Shown here: in pieces, positions 19,867-30,033 of the stretch
Layout of the letters: each line of letters starts with the position of its first letter
Position numbering within the stretch: position 1 is the stretch's first letter
From: Nitrosopumilus sp.
Lineage (GTDB): Archaea; Thermoproteota; Nitrososphaeria; Nitrososphaerales; Nitrosopumilaceae
NCBI GenBank assembly: GCA_965218695.1
Contig: OZ244651.1
Coordinates: 1,344,001 to 1,408,000, forward strand
Reading direction: 5' to 3'
DNA length: 64,000 bases
Position numbers and translations under genes: made by a program
Notes under the pieces: model-generated
What the model was told of the DNA's origin: nothing
Databases searched by the model: none
Seen by the model: only the letters and a program-made list of their open reading frames with translations

Positions 19867-20001
19867 ATGTCTGATGCAGCATGTGGATGTGCAGCCCAAG
19901 CCGAGAACGGCACTGAGTGTGACTGTACAATGCAGAGCGAGTGTTATTGTGACGCTTCATGCGATTGTACTCTGGATATATGCAAAAACACTCCCCACTA
20001 G
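19867..20001 (+). CDS. Small Cys-rich metallothionein-like protein (44 aa)
   Basis: MSDAACGCAAQAENGTECDCTMQSECYCDASCDCTLDICKNTPH: 9 Cys, four CxC; TTTTAAAA ~25 bp upstream, T-tract downstream. Confidence 0.7.
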   Translation: MSDAACGCAAQAENGTECDCTMQSECYCDASCDCTLDICKNTPH

Positions 20002-20025
20002 AGAAACTTACATTCTTTTTATTTT

Positions 20026-20211
20026 TTAGTCCTCTTCTTCTTCCATGCCCCATGATCTCACAAGATCCTTCTGAAATTTGTCGGACTGTTTTTGATCCAG
20101 GGCGAATCCGCAGTTCTTGTGGGTGGGGACGACTATCATGCCATCAAGCTTGAATTCAACCTCGTACAGGTGAACCTTTGAGCATTCACACATATCTGAG
20201 ATCTGTGCCAT
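20026..20211 (-). CDS. Small hypothetical protein with CxC...HxxC putative Zn site
   Basis: MAQISDMCECSKVHLYEVEFKLDGMIVVPTHKNCG... Confidence 0.75.
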   Translation of the reverse strand: MAQISDMCECSKVHLYEVEFKLDGMIVVPTHKNCGFALDQKQSDKFQKDLVRSWGMEEEED

Positions 20212-20296
20212 TCTTCCTCTATATCTGCCTATTTGAGGCATTGGAGAATTCTGCACACCCCCCATATCCCTGAAACTAAGGTTTAACTATCCGTGT

Positions 20297-21769
20297 ATGT
20301 TATTTCACATATTGAATGTGCTAATTGCAGCTCTGTCTGTTGCGGTACTTTTGTTGACAACGTACTCTTCTGATGCATTTGCCCAGTACGAGTCAGGCGG
20401 TGTAGACAAGGAGGGGACATGGTATGTCGGCGAGGGGCTAGCGCAGGGCGACTATTTTCATTATACCATGTGTCATGTTGACCACAGGGAGTGCAGGGAT
20501 TTTGATTTTGAGATGTGGATAAAGGGAGATGTCGCAGTCGGCAGTGAGACGCAGCTGCTTGCAGAGGTCGTAGTGCATGACGGTAACAGGGTGATTGTGG
20601 GCAATATGACTATGGGAAAACTCATCCCTGAGCCGACAGGCAGCAGTCCTGAACTGGATAAATACAGGCGTGCGTTCGGCTCATCTGTGTCATGGTTGTC
20701 TGCATATGCGACTGCACATATTGATGAGAGCCAGAAGGGCCCAAAGGCATTCGCTGACATATCCTGGGGCAAGATTGCAAACATCGGCGGCGAGCAGATA
20801 CGCCCAAAAGAGATCGAGGATGTCACTGTTCCGGCAGGAACATGGGAGACTGTTCGGATATCCTGGAAGACGGGCGGATATGTCAGCAACGTGTGGGTGG
20901 TGGATGATTTTCCATTCCCGATAAAGGCTGCAACACTTGTCCATGTGTCTGAGGGCATTCCTCCGCAAGAGTATGAGTTTGTCCTTCGCGACTATAAACA
21001 ATATGTACAGGAGAATCCGTTTGCGGACATAGTCCCCACAGGGAGTGATCGGCTACCGCCGTGGTGCGATGATGATGTTCAAAGAACAGTCGTGGTCAAA
21101 AAGGCAACCGAACACCACCACTACCAGGTACACGTCTCCTACGGGCCAGAGGATCCAGCCGAGGAATGCGAGATGGAGTGGCTTATCAAGTTTATCAAAA
21201 AAGAGGACGACACAGAGTTCCTGAACCAGGTTCAGTTTGATGTTCTGGTACTGGATGACTCTGGGAAAACAATAAGATCACTTGCACAGGATGAAGGTAG
21301 GCAATTTCTCTATGCGCCCGCGGGCCAATACTCTCTTGACATGACTGTAAAGGAGGATGCCGGTACTGTTGACTATCAAGTAGTGATATATGGTCTAGCT
21401 CTTGACTGGGTTGTTCCAGAGGGACCCCTTGATCGTTTGATCATCCCCATAACGATATTTCCCGGCGACGAACCCGTGAGTGATGACCCCGTGAGCATCC
21501 CGTCATGGGTAAAGCTCAATGCAGGACTGTGGGCAGACGGCACCCTGGATGATGCCACCTTTGTCCAGGCCCTCCAGTACCTGATTGGAGAGGGAATCAT
21601 ACAGATTCCGTCAACTGATCCGGGTGATGCGGCGGCCGAGACCGGCGAGATCCCGTCATGGGTAAAGCTCAATGCAGGACTGTGGGCAGACGGCACCCTG
21701 GATGATGCCACCTTTGTCCAGGCCCTCCAGTACCTGATTGGAGAGGGAATCATAACCGTCCCGACCTGA
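20297..21769 (+). CDS. Secreted/surface protein with two C-terminal IPxWVKxNAGxWADG thaumarchaeal surface-anchor repeats
   Basis: Signal peptide (..SSDAFA|QY), duplicated C-terminal motif. Confidence 0.85.
   Translation: MLFHILNVLIAALSVAVLLLTTYSSDAFAQYESGGVDKEGTWYVGEGLAQGDYFHYTMCHVDHRECRDFDFEMWIKGDVAVGSETQLLAEVVVHDGNRVIVGNMTMGKLIPEPTGSSPELDKYRRAFGSSVSWLSAYATAHIDESQKGPKAFADISWGKIANIGGEQIRPKEIEDVTVPAGTWETVRISWKTGGYVSNVWVVDDFPFPIKAATLVHVSEGIPPQEYEFVLRDYKQYVQENPFADIVPTGSDRLPPWCDDDVQRTVVVKKATEHHHYQVHVSYGPEDPAEECEMEWLIKFIKKEDDTEFLNQVQFDVLVLDDSGKTIRSLAQDEGRQFLYAPAGQYSLDMTVKEDAGTVDYQVVIYGLALDWVVPEGPLDRLIIPITIFPGDEPVSDDPVSIPSWVKLNAGLWADGTLDDATFVQALQYLIGEGIIQIPSTDPGDAAAETGEIPSWVKLNAGLWADGTLDDATFVQALQYLIGEGIITVPT
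21497..21754 (+). repeat. Two identical 105-bp direct repeats (21497-21601 and 21650-21754)
   Basis: Exact nucleotide identity on direct comparison. Confidence 0.9.
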
Positions 21770-21811
21770 TGACACCATTAGTTAAAATCCCAGACCGATC
21801 CATGATGCTGT

Positions 21812-22171
21812 ATGGTGGCCATCTTCAGGTATCCGAAACGAAAGCTGCGAAAACTGATCAAGGACGGTGAGTACATTCAGGCAATCGAGTTTGGACGTAG
21901 CATAGAGTCTGGATTCTCAGACGATCACGATTACATGTTTATCATGGGAAGCATATACTTTATAGTCGATGATCCCGACAGGGCGCTGCCCTACTTTGAA
22001 AAGGCCGCGGGGATAAGTCCTGATGATGTGGAGACGCTTAGGCTCAAGACCAACGTCCATCTGGCCCTGAATCAAAAGGATGATGCCATCGGGTGTTGCA
22101 GACGCATAGTGGAACTGCAGCCAAAAAACTCCGAGGCCCGGGAACTGCTAGATGCCCTTGAGGGCCTGTAG
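21812..22171 (+). CDS. TPR-repeat protein
   Basis: ALPYFEKAAGISPDD and AIGCCRRIVELQPKN TPR patterns. Confidence 0.85.
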   Translation: MVAIFRYPKRKLRKLIKDGEYIQAIEFGRSIESGFSDDHDYMFIMGSIYFIVDDPDRALPYFEKAAGISPDDVETLRLKTNVHLALNQKDDAIGCCRRIVELQPKNSEARELLDALEGL

Positions 22172-22173
22172 GG

Positions 22174-22683
22174 CTATCTCCTCTTAACCTGGTATACCTC
22201 ATCCATCAGCCAGTCACAAAACGCAGTGACGCCGTCGTCAAACTCGGTCCAGATGTGCAGTGAATGGGGCAGGATGTCGATCTTCCAGTCATCTGTGTAT
22301 ACCCTGACACCCTCCTTGTTCTCATACATGTATGCATCCTGCGTCTTCACATTGCCAAGCGTATCTGTCGCCTTTTTCTTGATTATTTCCCTGTCCATGG
22401 GGAACCGTTTCTTTTCATAGTCCACTATCAGGCTCAGATCCCTTCTTCCATACATCTCAAACTCCTCAATTCTTCCCTCCTTTGGAAAGTTTACAATCAG
22501 TTTTATGCCGTATCTCTTGCCTACCTCCCTGCCGATCTCGACTATTCTGGTGTAGCCCATCCCGGGATTCTTGTTTAGGAGAAACCGTATCTGCGCCATG
22601 TTCCTCTTCAGGTCGTCCTGCAGGGCCAAGACTATCTCTGAAAATATCACAACGTCTGATGGCAGGGTTCCAGATATAATCAT
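22174..22683 (-). CDS. Hypothetical protein (start uncertain)
   Basis: Long ORF with protein-like composition, convergent with the TPR gene. Confidence 0.7.
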   Translation of the reverse strand: MIISGTLPSDVVIFSEIVLALQDDLKRNMAQIRFLLNKNPGMGYTRIVEIGREVGKRYGIKLIVNFPKEGRIEEFEMYGRRDLSLIVDYEKKRFPMDREIIKKKATDTLGNVKTQDAYMYENKEGVRVYTDDWKIDILPHSLHIWTEFDDGVTAFCDWLMDEVYQVKRR

Positions 22684-22797
22684 TAATGTTGATTCACACC
22701 TCTTCCTGTACAAAAGAGTCCTGTTGCCCTGAATGTGAGGTTCGTGGCTTGAAAACAACTAAGATTGGTTTTTTTAGAACCGCAATGCATCCACTGC

Positions 22798-23445
22798 ATG
22801 GCAATGCCGATGGACTACGACGGGATGCGGACAGACGATGCGTCCGAGAGGACCGACAACGTAGACGAGTACCGGCGCACGTGCATCGACTTTATCGAGG
22901 ACATCTCACACGACTATGAGGCATGGGTTGACTATTACAAACTTCCCGCAGACGAGGACAAACGCAGGCGAACAGGAATCAGGACCATAATCCCTCGGAC
23001 CAACCAGTGGATTGCCAAGGTGGCGCAGTCGATCAAGGCAGTCGACGTTGTGATGAACGACGGGATCCAAAAGATGGCCGAGTCGACTGCCGGGAAACCC
23101 TTCGCGTTTGGCGTATTTGTCAACAAGCAATCAAGCTATACCGAATCAAGGCCTGGAATAATCGATCTCAACGTAAAGGCAAACGGAAGGGACGGAAGAA
23201 AGACAAAGCTGGGATTTCATTTCAAGGACAACCGGTTCAGAATAGAGTCTACGTGCGGAGCGTTCCTGGATGAGACCGCGTTGCCTACAGGCGAGTTTGA
23301 TCTGATGGATGCAACCCTGCACCTTGACGCCCAAAACGCAAAACGGCGCGACGTGATCTCGTTTACTGTCACCGTCTGCGAGGTTGACGGGGCTGGAAAC
23401 GAGCTTGACCGGCGGGGACTGACTACTATCGTCCACATAGTTTAG
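22798..23445 (+). CDS. Hypothetical protein
   Basis: ~215-aa ORF with protein-like composition. Confidence 0.7.
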   Translation: MAMPMDYDGMRTDDASERTDNVDEYRRTCIDFIEDISHDYEAWVDYYKLPADEDKRRRTGIRTIIPRTNQWIAKVAQSIKAVDVVMNDGIQKMAESTAGKPFAFGVFVNKQSSYTESRPGIIDLNVKANGRDGRKTKLGFHFKDNRFRIESTCGAFLDETALPTGEFDLMDATLHLDAQNAKRRDVISFTVTVCEVDGAGNELDRRGLTTIVHIV

Positions 23446-23447
23446 CC

Positions 23448-25742
23448 TTATGGGGCGATCCTGGAACGATCGTCGAGGAACCCTATGAACCCTCCCGTGT
23501 TCCTGAGCATGATGGAGTTTTCCACATCAAGGGTGTCCAGCGAGTTCATCTTCAGGAACCCCTCCGATGCCGTATACAACACGTCTTCGATGTAGAACGT
23601 TCTGGCATGGTGGTCTAGCCCGAGGTATCCTGGGCTATACCTGACGCCCTCCCAATGCTTTATGGTTCCCCTCAGATCAAACCCGTCGACCGGGCCCAGA
23701 TCAAACACGTAGAATCCGCTCCAACTTATCTCGTCGTTGTCATGTATCCCGCTTATCCTCTTTTGCTCCGTCAGCCCGTCGAGGTTCTTTACATCACCGG
23801 TGATCGGAACTGACAGGATCCTGCCTTCCCCGTCTGCTGCTCCCCTTCCAAGGAAGAATGCCTTGTGGTTGTGCAGTGCCTCTGACTGGGTCCCCCTGTC
23901 CCCTATCACCACCTCGTCTGCAACCTTGGGATTGCTCACGTCTGCCACGTTGAACAGCGCTATCTTTACGCCAAGTGGCGTGGCGCCTCCCCACTGGTTT
24001 GCCTTTGTATCCCTGCCTATTCCGATGACGTGTTCGTCGTCATACGGATGCAGATAGTTTGAGAATCCTGGAATCTTCAACTCCCCGAGTATCTTTGGCG
24101 TATCCTCTGATAGGTCGATCACAAAGAACGGATCGATCTGCTGGAAGGTGACCAGGTACAGCCTGTCATCCATGAACCTTGCAGAGAAGATGCTCTCGTC
24201 TGGGGCGATATCGTCCAGCCCACCCACTATGTTCAGTTCCTCGTCCAGTACATAGACTGCGTTCTCCCGGAGGGTACCGGAGTGCTGGGTGTAGCGGTCA
24301 GCCGTGGTCGCGATCCTGAACCTGTCCCCGTGCTCGTCCATTGAAAACTGGTTGAGGAGCCTGCCAGGCACGGAGCCGCTTGCAATATGCTCTATGTCTG
24401 TCCCGTCGATTGCAATCTTGTGGATCACCACCTTCTGGGTCGCCGAACCGCCGGCTTCTAGCACCGCCAAGTCGTACTCGATTAGCGCCCTCTCTATGTT
24501 TTGGAGCAGCTCCAGTCTGTTGTTCTTGTTGATGCCGTCATAGAACTCCTGCAGCATGCCTGATATCTTGGCCCACCGTTCAGGCGAGCCCAGCGAGGCG
24601 TCATCACGTACGGCCCTTATCTCCTCTTGGAGCGCGCTGTCCGGGAGCAGCGGCACGACGACGTCATAGAACCTGTCCTCTCGGGAGTCCTCAAACAGCT
24701 CGGGCAGGTTGTTGCTCTGTTGGTATGTCAGGTAAAAGTTGTCCTCGGATACATAGTGCGTGCCAGAGTATCCCATCAGGTATGACTTTGAGCTGATCTC
24801 GTCTCCAAAGACATCGATCGCAGTAAGCGTGTTAAAGTTTGTGAGTCTCTCGGGGTTGTCAAAATAAAACGCGTCAGGGGTCATGACGTGCCTGGAACCC
24901 TCGTGGATCATTGGCAGCTTGGGATTGTGGTAGTCCACATGGCTGTTTGTCACAAAGTATGCGTGGTTGCCTATCATTCTGGCATCAACGAAATGCCCTC
25001 CTATGGAGTAGTCCTTGAGGATAGTTGGATTCTCCCTGTCTGCAACATCAACAACCAGCGCGTGGGTGACCGGGACGTAAATTGACTGTGGAACAAAGCC
25101 AAACTCTGGAATTACCTCCTCAAAACTCTCTCCGTTGTAAAATATTACCAGCCTGTCCCCATTCAGAAACATGTCCTCGATGTAACTCGAGTCCACGTCG
25201 ATGGCCGTCTTCAGGACCAGCCTTGCGTCCTGTGCCGGGTATGCGTCAATTATCGAAAGCGTGTTGTCTGTTACGATGTAGACGTACTTTCCGTCGTTCT
25301 TGAGATAATCCGGCTCATCGACCCCCTTTACCTGCACGTTGGTTGTGGAATAATCCTGGGCGTTCTGACTCTTTTCTGTGGACAACTGCATCAGCGCTGA
25401 TTCGAATGACGCGTCTTGATCTACCATCATCGCGTCGCCGTCCATCACCACCACTGACTCGACCTCTGCGAATCTTTGAGGCTCGAAATTCCTGTAAATA
25501 CGATCTTCAAGCATCTGCGATGCATGAAGAATCTCGACCAGCGCTTCTTGGGATGTGATCTTTATGACGTTGTTTTCCCCGCTAAACAGCCTGGCAGAGT
25601 CCTCGACGTAGACTGTCTCAGTCACCCGAACGACGTCTGTCCCTCTGTCGTCTTCTGGCTGCGTCTCAAGCCCCACCAGGAACATGACTCCTCCTGCGCC
25701 AATCACTAGCGCGACCATTGCAATTGTTATTTTTGTGTTCAT
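23448..25742 (-). CDS. Secreted beta-propeller domain protein (Beta_propel type)
   Basis: N-terminal TM, YSTTNVQVKGVDEPDYLKNDG, LNQFSMDE, YLVTFQQIDPFFVIDL, GELKIPGFSNYLHP. Confidence 0.88.
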   Translation of the reverse strand: MNTKITIAMVALVIGAGGVMFLVGLETQPEDDRGTDVVRVTETVYVEDSARLFSGENNVIKITSQEALVEILHASQMLEDRIYRNFEPQRFAEVESVVVMDGDAMMVDQDASFESALMQLSTEKSQNAQDYSTTNVQVKGVDEPDYLKNDGKYVYIVTDNTLSIIDAYPAQDARLVLKTAIDVDSSYIEDMFLNGDRLVIFYNGESFEEVIPEFGFVPQSIYVPVTHALVVDVADRENPTILKDYSIGGHFVDARMIGNHAYFVTNSHVDYHNPKLPMIHEGSRHVMTPDAFYFDNPERLTNFNTLTAIDVFGDEISSKSYLMGYSGTHYVSEDNFYLTYQQSNNLPELFEDSREDRFYDVVVPLLPDSALQEEIRAVRDDASLGSPERWAKISGMLQEFYDGINKNNRLELLQNIERALIEYDLAVLEAGGSATQKVVIHKIAIDGTDIEHIASGSVPGRLLNQFSMDEHGDRFRIATTADRYTQHSGTLRENAVYVLDEELNIVGGLDDIAPDESIFSARFMDDRLYLVTFQQIDPFFVIDLSEDTPKILGELKIPGFSNYLHPYDDEHVIGIGRDTKANQWGGATPLGVKIALFNVADVSNPKVADEVVIGDRGTQSEALHNHKAFFLGRGAADGEGRILSVPITGDVKNLDGLTEQKRISGIHDNDEISWSGFYVFDLGPVDGFDLRGTIKHWEGVRYSPGYLGLDHHARTFYIEDVLYTASEGFLKMNSLDTLDVENSIMLRNTGGFIGFLDDRSRIAP

Positions 25743-25880
25743 CTTCTCTTCTCCTTTTGCCACATCCGAGCCGGTTTGGTTCGGTGTGATGGTATCTCTC
25801 CGGCACTTCTGGATAAAAGGATTAGTGAAATTCAATCTTTACCAAACGACTTAGATATTTCGGTTCGACTAGTATGTTTA

Positions 25881-26945
25881 ATGCCGACTGATGAAGAACG
25901 AGACGATCTTGTCGAGAGCATAAAGATTCTTGCCACAGACGATGAGCGGTTAAAATCGTTTGGGCAGCTGTTTGCCAACGACTTGGCCCGCAAGATTCTT
26001 CAACTGCTGTTCAACGAGGAACTGACTGCAGCCCGGATATCTCAGAGGACAGACACCTCCCTCCAGCTGGTCAAGTACCACCTTCAAAAATTGCAGGAAC
26101 TGGGGGTAGTAAAGATATCCAAGACCAGCAAGAATTCAAAATCACATGACATGAAGCATTACACCGCCAAGAGCTTCAGCGTCGTGGTTGTCCCGCCAAA
26201 ACTCTCTGAAAAGACAAAGAGCAGCAGGCTGCTCATCCACTCATTTCGGCACATCTACAAGGTTGCAGGGTTGGCAGTTGCGACCGGAATCTCCGGCATG
26301 TTCTCTGCGCTGCAGCTGCAACAAGGCAGTCGGTTCATACAGGACTCTGCCTCTACAGCCTCTCCTGTGTCCGATGTGGGACGAGAGGGGGTAGTTGAGG
26401 GGGGAGGGGAAACTGCCCTACAGGCAACAACGACGACGACGACTACGACGCCGCAAGACGCACAGCAACAAGACACATCACAGAAAGAATCCCAGCAACA
26501 GGATGTGTCTACCGAAGAATCAGTGTCACAACACGATGCGCCGCAAGTAGTACAGGATGAATCTATGGCGGAAATGGGGGATGCATTACAAGAGCAAGCG
26601 ATGACAGCAGATATGTCCGAAGAAGAATCCGTGACTGTTGACGACTCTGCCGCCGTTGAGGTAAAGTCGGCAGACCTTGACAGTGAGCCGTCCAATGCGC
26701 TCGATCCCGCACCGCCGCCGGAGCCCGCAGAGTTGTCACCCTCTCTTGAAACGCAGGACGGACCCTCTGATGATGGCCCCGGGGTTACCGAACTCTTGAG
26801 CGATGCTGATGTGTCGTCGTCGTCTGCTACGTTGTTCCAGTCTTCAGGTCCTTTTCCTGAGCTGTTCCTTCCCCTAGTTGCCGTCACCGTCGTTCTGGGC
26901 GGACTGACGATATTTTATCTTGTCAAATACCTGAAAAGATCCTAG
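25881..26945 (+). CDS. ArsR-like winged-HTH protein with two TM segments and a low-complexity acidic linker
   Basis: ARKILQLL...LTAARISQRTDTSLQLVKYHLQKLQELGVV; TM AGLAVATGISGMFSAL; C-terminal TM. Confidence 0.8.
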   Translation: MPTDEERDDLVESIKILATDDERLKSFGQLFANDLARKILQLLFNEELTAARISQRTDTSLQLVKYHLQKLQELGVVKISKTSKNSKSHDMKHYTAKSFSVVVVPPKLSEKTKSSRLLIHSFRHIYKVAGLAVATGISGMFSALQLQQGSRFIQDSASTASPVSDVGREGVVEGGGETALQATTTTTTTTPQDAQQQDTSQKESQQQDVSTEESVSQHDAPQVVQDESMAEMGDALQEQAMTADMSEEESVTVDDSAAVEVKSADLDSEPSNALDPAPPPEPAELSPSLETQDGPSDDGPGVTELLSDADVSSSSATLFQSSGPFPELFLPLVAVTVVLGGLTIFYLVKYLKRS

Positions 26946-27256
26946 CCGTTGGCAAGCGTTACCTCGATTACGGATCTCTTCTCCTTTGCCCTCTCTTCGC
27001 CATGGTACTTTAACTCGGAGATCTTTTTTGCCAGTTCTTCGTCTGCGACCCGTCTTGCATTTCCCAAGAGCACCTGTTGCCCGTACAGTATCCTTACCTC
27101 TGGATTTGCCAGCGCGTTCAAGAACCAGTCGCTATCGGGCTTGTGCCTGGAGAGGTATATCTTTCCGTTGTACCCCACCGCGCGGAGCATCACCTGGTGC
27201 TCTCTTCCGGTGCTTCTTCCCGTTGTGACCAGTACTGCCGTGAACACGTCCTGCAT
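26942..27256 (-). CDS. Deazaflavin (F420)-dependent nitroreductase/DUF385-like protein
   Basis: LVTTGRSTGREH and SDWFLNALANPEV motifs. Confidence 0.8.
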   Translation of the reverse strand: MQDVFTAVLVTTGRSTGREHQVMLRAVGYNGKIYLSRHKPDSDWFLNALANPEVRILYGQQVLLGNARRVADEELAKKISELKYHGEERAKEKRSVIEVTLANG

Positions 27257-27344
27257 GAGTGGCTTTTTGTGTCAAGTAATTTAACCCCATTGCTAGGAAT
27301 TTCTGATATCCGGAGTGATAAACGAAACCTGCAGACAATGAGTC

Positions 27345-27797
27345 ATGACTGCAAAAATGTACGGAATGTCTGAGAACCTGGTCACTGCAGACTCGTTTAC
27401 CGGCAGGAAGGTCATGGACCGGGAGGGAATAGAATACGGAAAGGTCAAACACATTCACATCAATCCGGACACTCTGGCAGTTTCAGGCGTGACGATTCAT
27501 CAGGGATTTCACAAGGATTATTTTCTTGCAGACGACTATATCGACAAGTTCTCTGACACGACGCTGTTCTTGAGCAGGCCCCCTGTCCGCATCGGAATTC
27601 CGGTAATTGACATAGACCGCCGCAAGATTGGCAAGGTAAAAAGGCTGCACAGGAATCCTGAAAGCAACGAGCTGGAGTCCATCGAGGTGTCATACGGCCT
27701 GTCCCGCTCAAGGATCCTCTCCAAATCCGAGATCTGGGGCATAGGCGAGAAGGTCATCCTGAATATGACCCGGGATCACTTTAAGAAGACGAACTGA
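27345..27797 (+). CDS. Tandem PRC-barrel domain protein
   Basis: GRKVMDREGIEYGKV and IGIPVIDIDRRKIGKV repeats. Confidence 0.8.
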   Translation: MTAKMYGMSENLVTADSFTGRKVMDREGIEYGKVKHIHINPDTLAVSGVTIHQGFHKDYFLADDYIDKFSDTTLFLSRPPVRIGIPVIDIDRRKIGKVKRLHRNPESNELESIEVSYGLSRSRILSKSEIWGIGEKVILNMTRDHFKKTN

Positions 27798-28190
27798 CTG
27801 CACCGGCAGGCACCCCGTCGTCATGATTCATGCACGTGTGGTTATCCCGTGCCATGCTTGGATCCGAACCCGATGACGGCTGTGCGATGACGGCAGCGCC
27901 AGTCATCCTGCCGGCTCTCTGCCGATTTTGAGGCATGCCGCACACGTGGGAACCCCCTCGTTGATGGTTATCTCCAGATTTGACCTGTGGCACTTCTGAC
28001 AAAGTCCTTTCACAAAACTCCCTGCCGGTCGTACCTTAAATTTTTTTGAAGGCACCGTTCGGCTCCACCCAAAACCCGGCACGATTATCTGCCGAACCGA
28101 TCACACCCACACCCCGGCAAATCCCGGATCCGGAGGCACGCGGCGATTCATGCGTAGAGTATAAGACACTCTGGATTCCATGTGATGTGA

Positions 28191-29210
28191 ATGACGACAC
28201 CCAAGGATGCACCCGCCGTGCCCTCGATTGAGACGCGCTCCCTTACCAAATCGTTTGGAGGGGTTGTGGCAGTCGATGACGTCTCCTTTTCAGTGAACAC
28301 CGGGGAGATCTTCGGATTTCTAGGCCCCAACGGTGCTGGAAAGAGCACCACCATGATGATTCTGACCACCCTGCTAAAACCCACATCGGGACAGGCCCTC
28401 CTCTGCGGGTTTGATGTGACAAAGAATCCAAAGCAGGTCAGGTACAGCATAGGATACGTGCAGCAGGAGACCACTGCAGACGAGTACCTGACCGGGCGGG
28501 AGAACCTGCTGCTCCATGCAAGACTCAACCACATCCCCAAGGACAAGGTCAACGCAAGAATTGATCAGGTCCTGGATCTCATAGAACTTGCAGACAGACA
28601 GGACGACCCCGTAATCACATACTCTGGCGGGATGCGAAAGCGGCTGGATATTGCCGGCGGCTTGCTGCACATGCCAAAGGTGCTGTTCCTTGACGAGCCC
28701 ACCGTGGGATTGGACATCCAGACCCGCAGGAAGATCTGGGAGTACATAAAAAAGATTCATGACGAGTACGATATGACCATATTTCTCACCACCCACTACA
28801 TGGAGGAGGCAGATCAGCTGTGTGACCGGATTGGGATAATCGACGGCGGAAAGATCCAGGTGATCGACAAGCCTGAGAACATGAAGAATGCAATGGGACA
28901 CGAGGTAGTCTCCATCGTCGTCTCAGGGGGGCATCAGGAACTCATATCCGGCCTGGAAAAGACGGATCTGCTGACCAGAGTTACCCGGAAGGATTCACTA
29001 ATCACGCTCTTTACGTCCGACGGCCCCAAGATCATTCCAATGATATTTCAGATCTCCTCTGAGCACAACATCAAGATCACATCCATTACGCTTACCCGGC
29101 CCACCCTTGATGACGTCTTCATATCATACACGGGTCACAAGATTCGGGATGACGATGTCACGTTCAACCGGCAGCGCGAGCACGCAAAGATGACGAGGCT
29201 GCGGTCATGA
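28191..29210 (+). CDS. ABC transporter ATP-binding protein (DrrA/multidrug type)
   Basis: GPNGAGKS, YSGGMRKRL, LFLDEPT, TTHY. Confidence 0.92.
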   Translation: MTTPKDAPAVPSIETRSLTKSFGGVVAVDDVSFSVNTGEIFGFLGPNGAGKSTTMMILTTLLKPTSGQALLCGFDVTKNPKQVRYSIGYVQQETTADEYLTGRENLLLHARLNHIPKDKVNARIDQVLDLIELADRQDDPVITYSGGMRKRLDIAGGLLHMPKVLFLDEPTVGLDIQTRRKIWEYIKKIHDEYDMTIFLTTHYMEEADQLCDRIGIIDGGKIQVIDKPENMKNAMGHEVVSIVVSGGHQELISGLEKTDLLTRVTRKDSLITLFTSDGPKIIPMIFQISSEHNIKITSITLTRPTLDDVFISYTGHKIRDDDVTFNRQREHAKMTRLRS

Positions 29211-29992
29211 GCACCGTAATTCGCGACACATACACGATATTCTGGCGGGAGATGAAGAGGTACAAAAAGTCCCGGAGCGGGGTCATGATCAGGCTGATCC
29301 AGCCCGCGGTATGGATTCTGGTAATCGGAAACACCTTTGCAGAGACCCAGCCGCTCTTGCAGTCGGTCGGGTTTGACGGACAGTACATCGAGTTTATGGC
29401 CCCCGGCGTCATCATCCTTACTGCCATCTTTACCAGCATCTTTGGCGGCGTCAACACGCTGTGGGATCGGCGCTACGGCTTTATGAACAAGGCACTGACC
29501 TCGCCAATCTCGCGTTCTGCGATAGCCGTCGGAAAGATGTCTGCAATAGCCATGATTGCGGCCCTGCAGGCCAGCCTGATTCTGGGAATCGTCCTGGCAA
29601 TAGGGGTGGAGTTTCCCAACCCGATAATGATCATACCGATCATGGCAATCGTGATTCTGTTCTCGCTGGGATTCTCCGGGATCTCTGTGGCAGTTGCCGC
29701 AACTGCAAAATCCCAAGAGACGTTCTGGGGGATGATCAACTTTCTTGGAATGCCTCTGTTCATGATCAGCCCGGCCCTCTTTCCGCTGTCGCTTCTCCCT
29801 GACTGGCTGGCTGCAATCGCACAACTGAACCCCGTGACCTATACTGTTCTGCTGGTCCGGGAGATGATGACCGGAGTATCAGAAGGTGGGGTTCCGGTAC
29901 TGTTCAGTCTTGGGATAATCCTCGTATTCGTGCTTGCGATGGTCGTCCTGACAAGCTACGTCTTTACGCGAGAGGTAAACAAGCCGTTCTGA
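29207..29992 (+). CDS. ABC-2 transporter permease
   Basis: Six TM segments, NPVTY motif, ATGA overlap with the ATPase gene. Confidence 0.9.
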   Translation: MSTVIRDTYTIFWREMKRYKKSRSGVMIRLIQPAVWILVIGNTFAETQPLLQSVGFDGQYIEFMAPGVIILTAIFTSIFGGVNTLWDRRYGFMNKALTSPISRSAIAVGKMSAIAMIAALQASLILGIVLAIGVEFPNPIMIIPIMAIVILFSLGFSGISVAVAATAKSQETFWGMINFLGMPLFMISPALFPLSLLPDWLAAIAQLNPVTYTVLLVREMMTGVSEGGVPVLFSLGIILVFVLAMVVLTSYVFTREVNKPF

Positions 29993-30033
29993 CTTTAATT
30001 TGACAAAAACAACAATGTTTTCTTACATGTACG

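Noticed and set aside
21497-21754. DGR template/variable repeat pair
   Set aside because: The copies are identical, in frame within one gene, show no adenine-specific differences, and no reverse transcriptase is nearby
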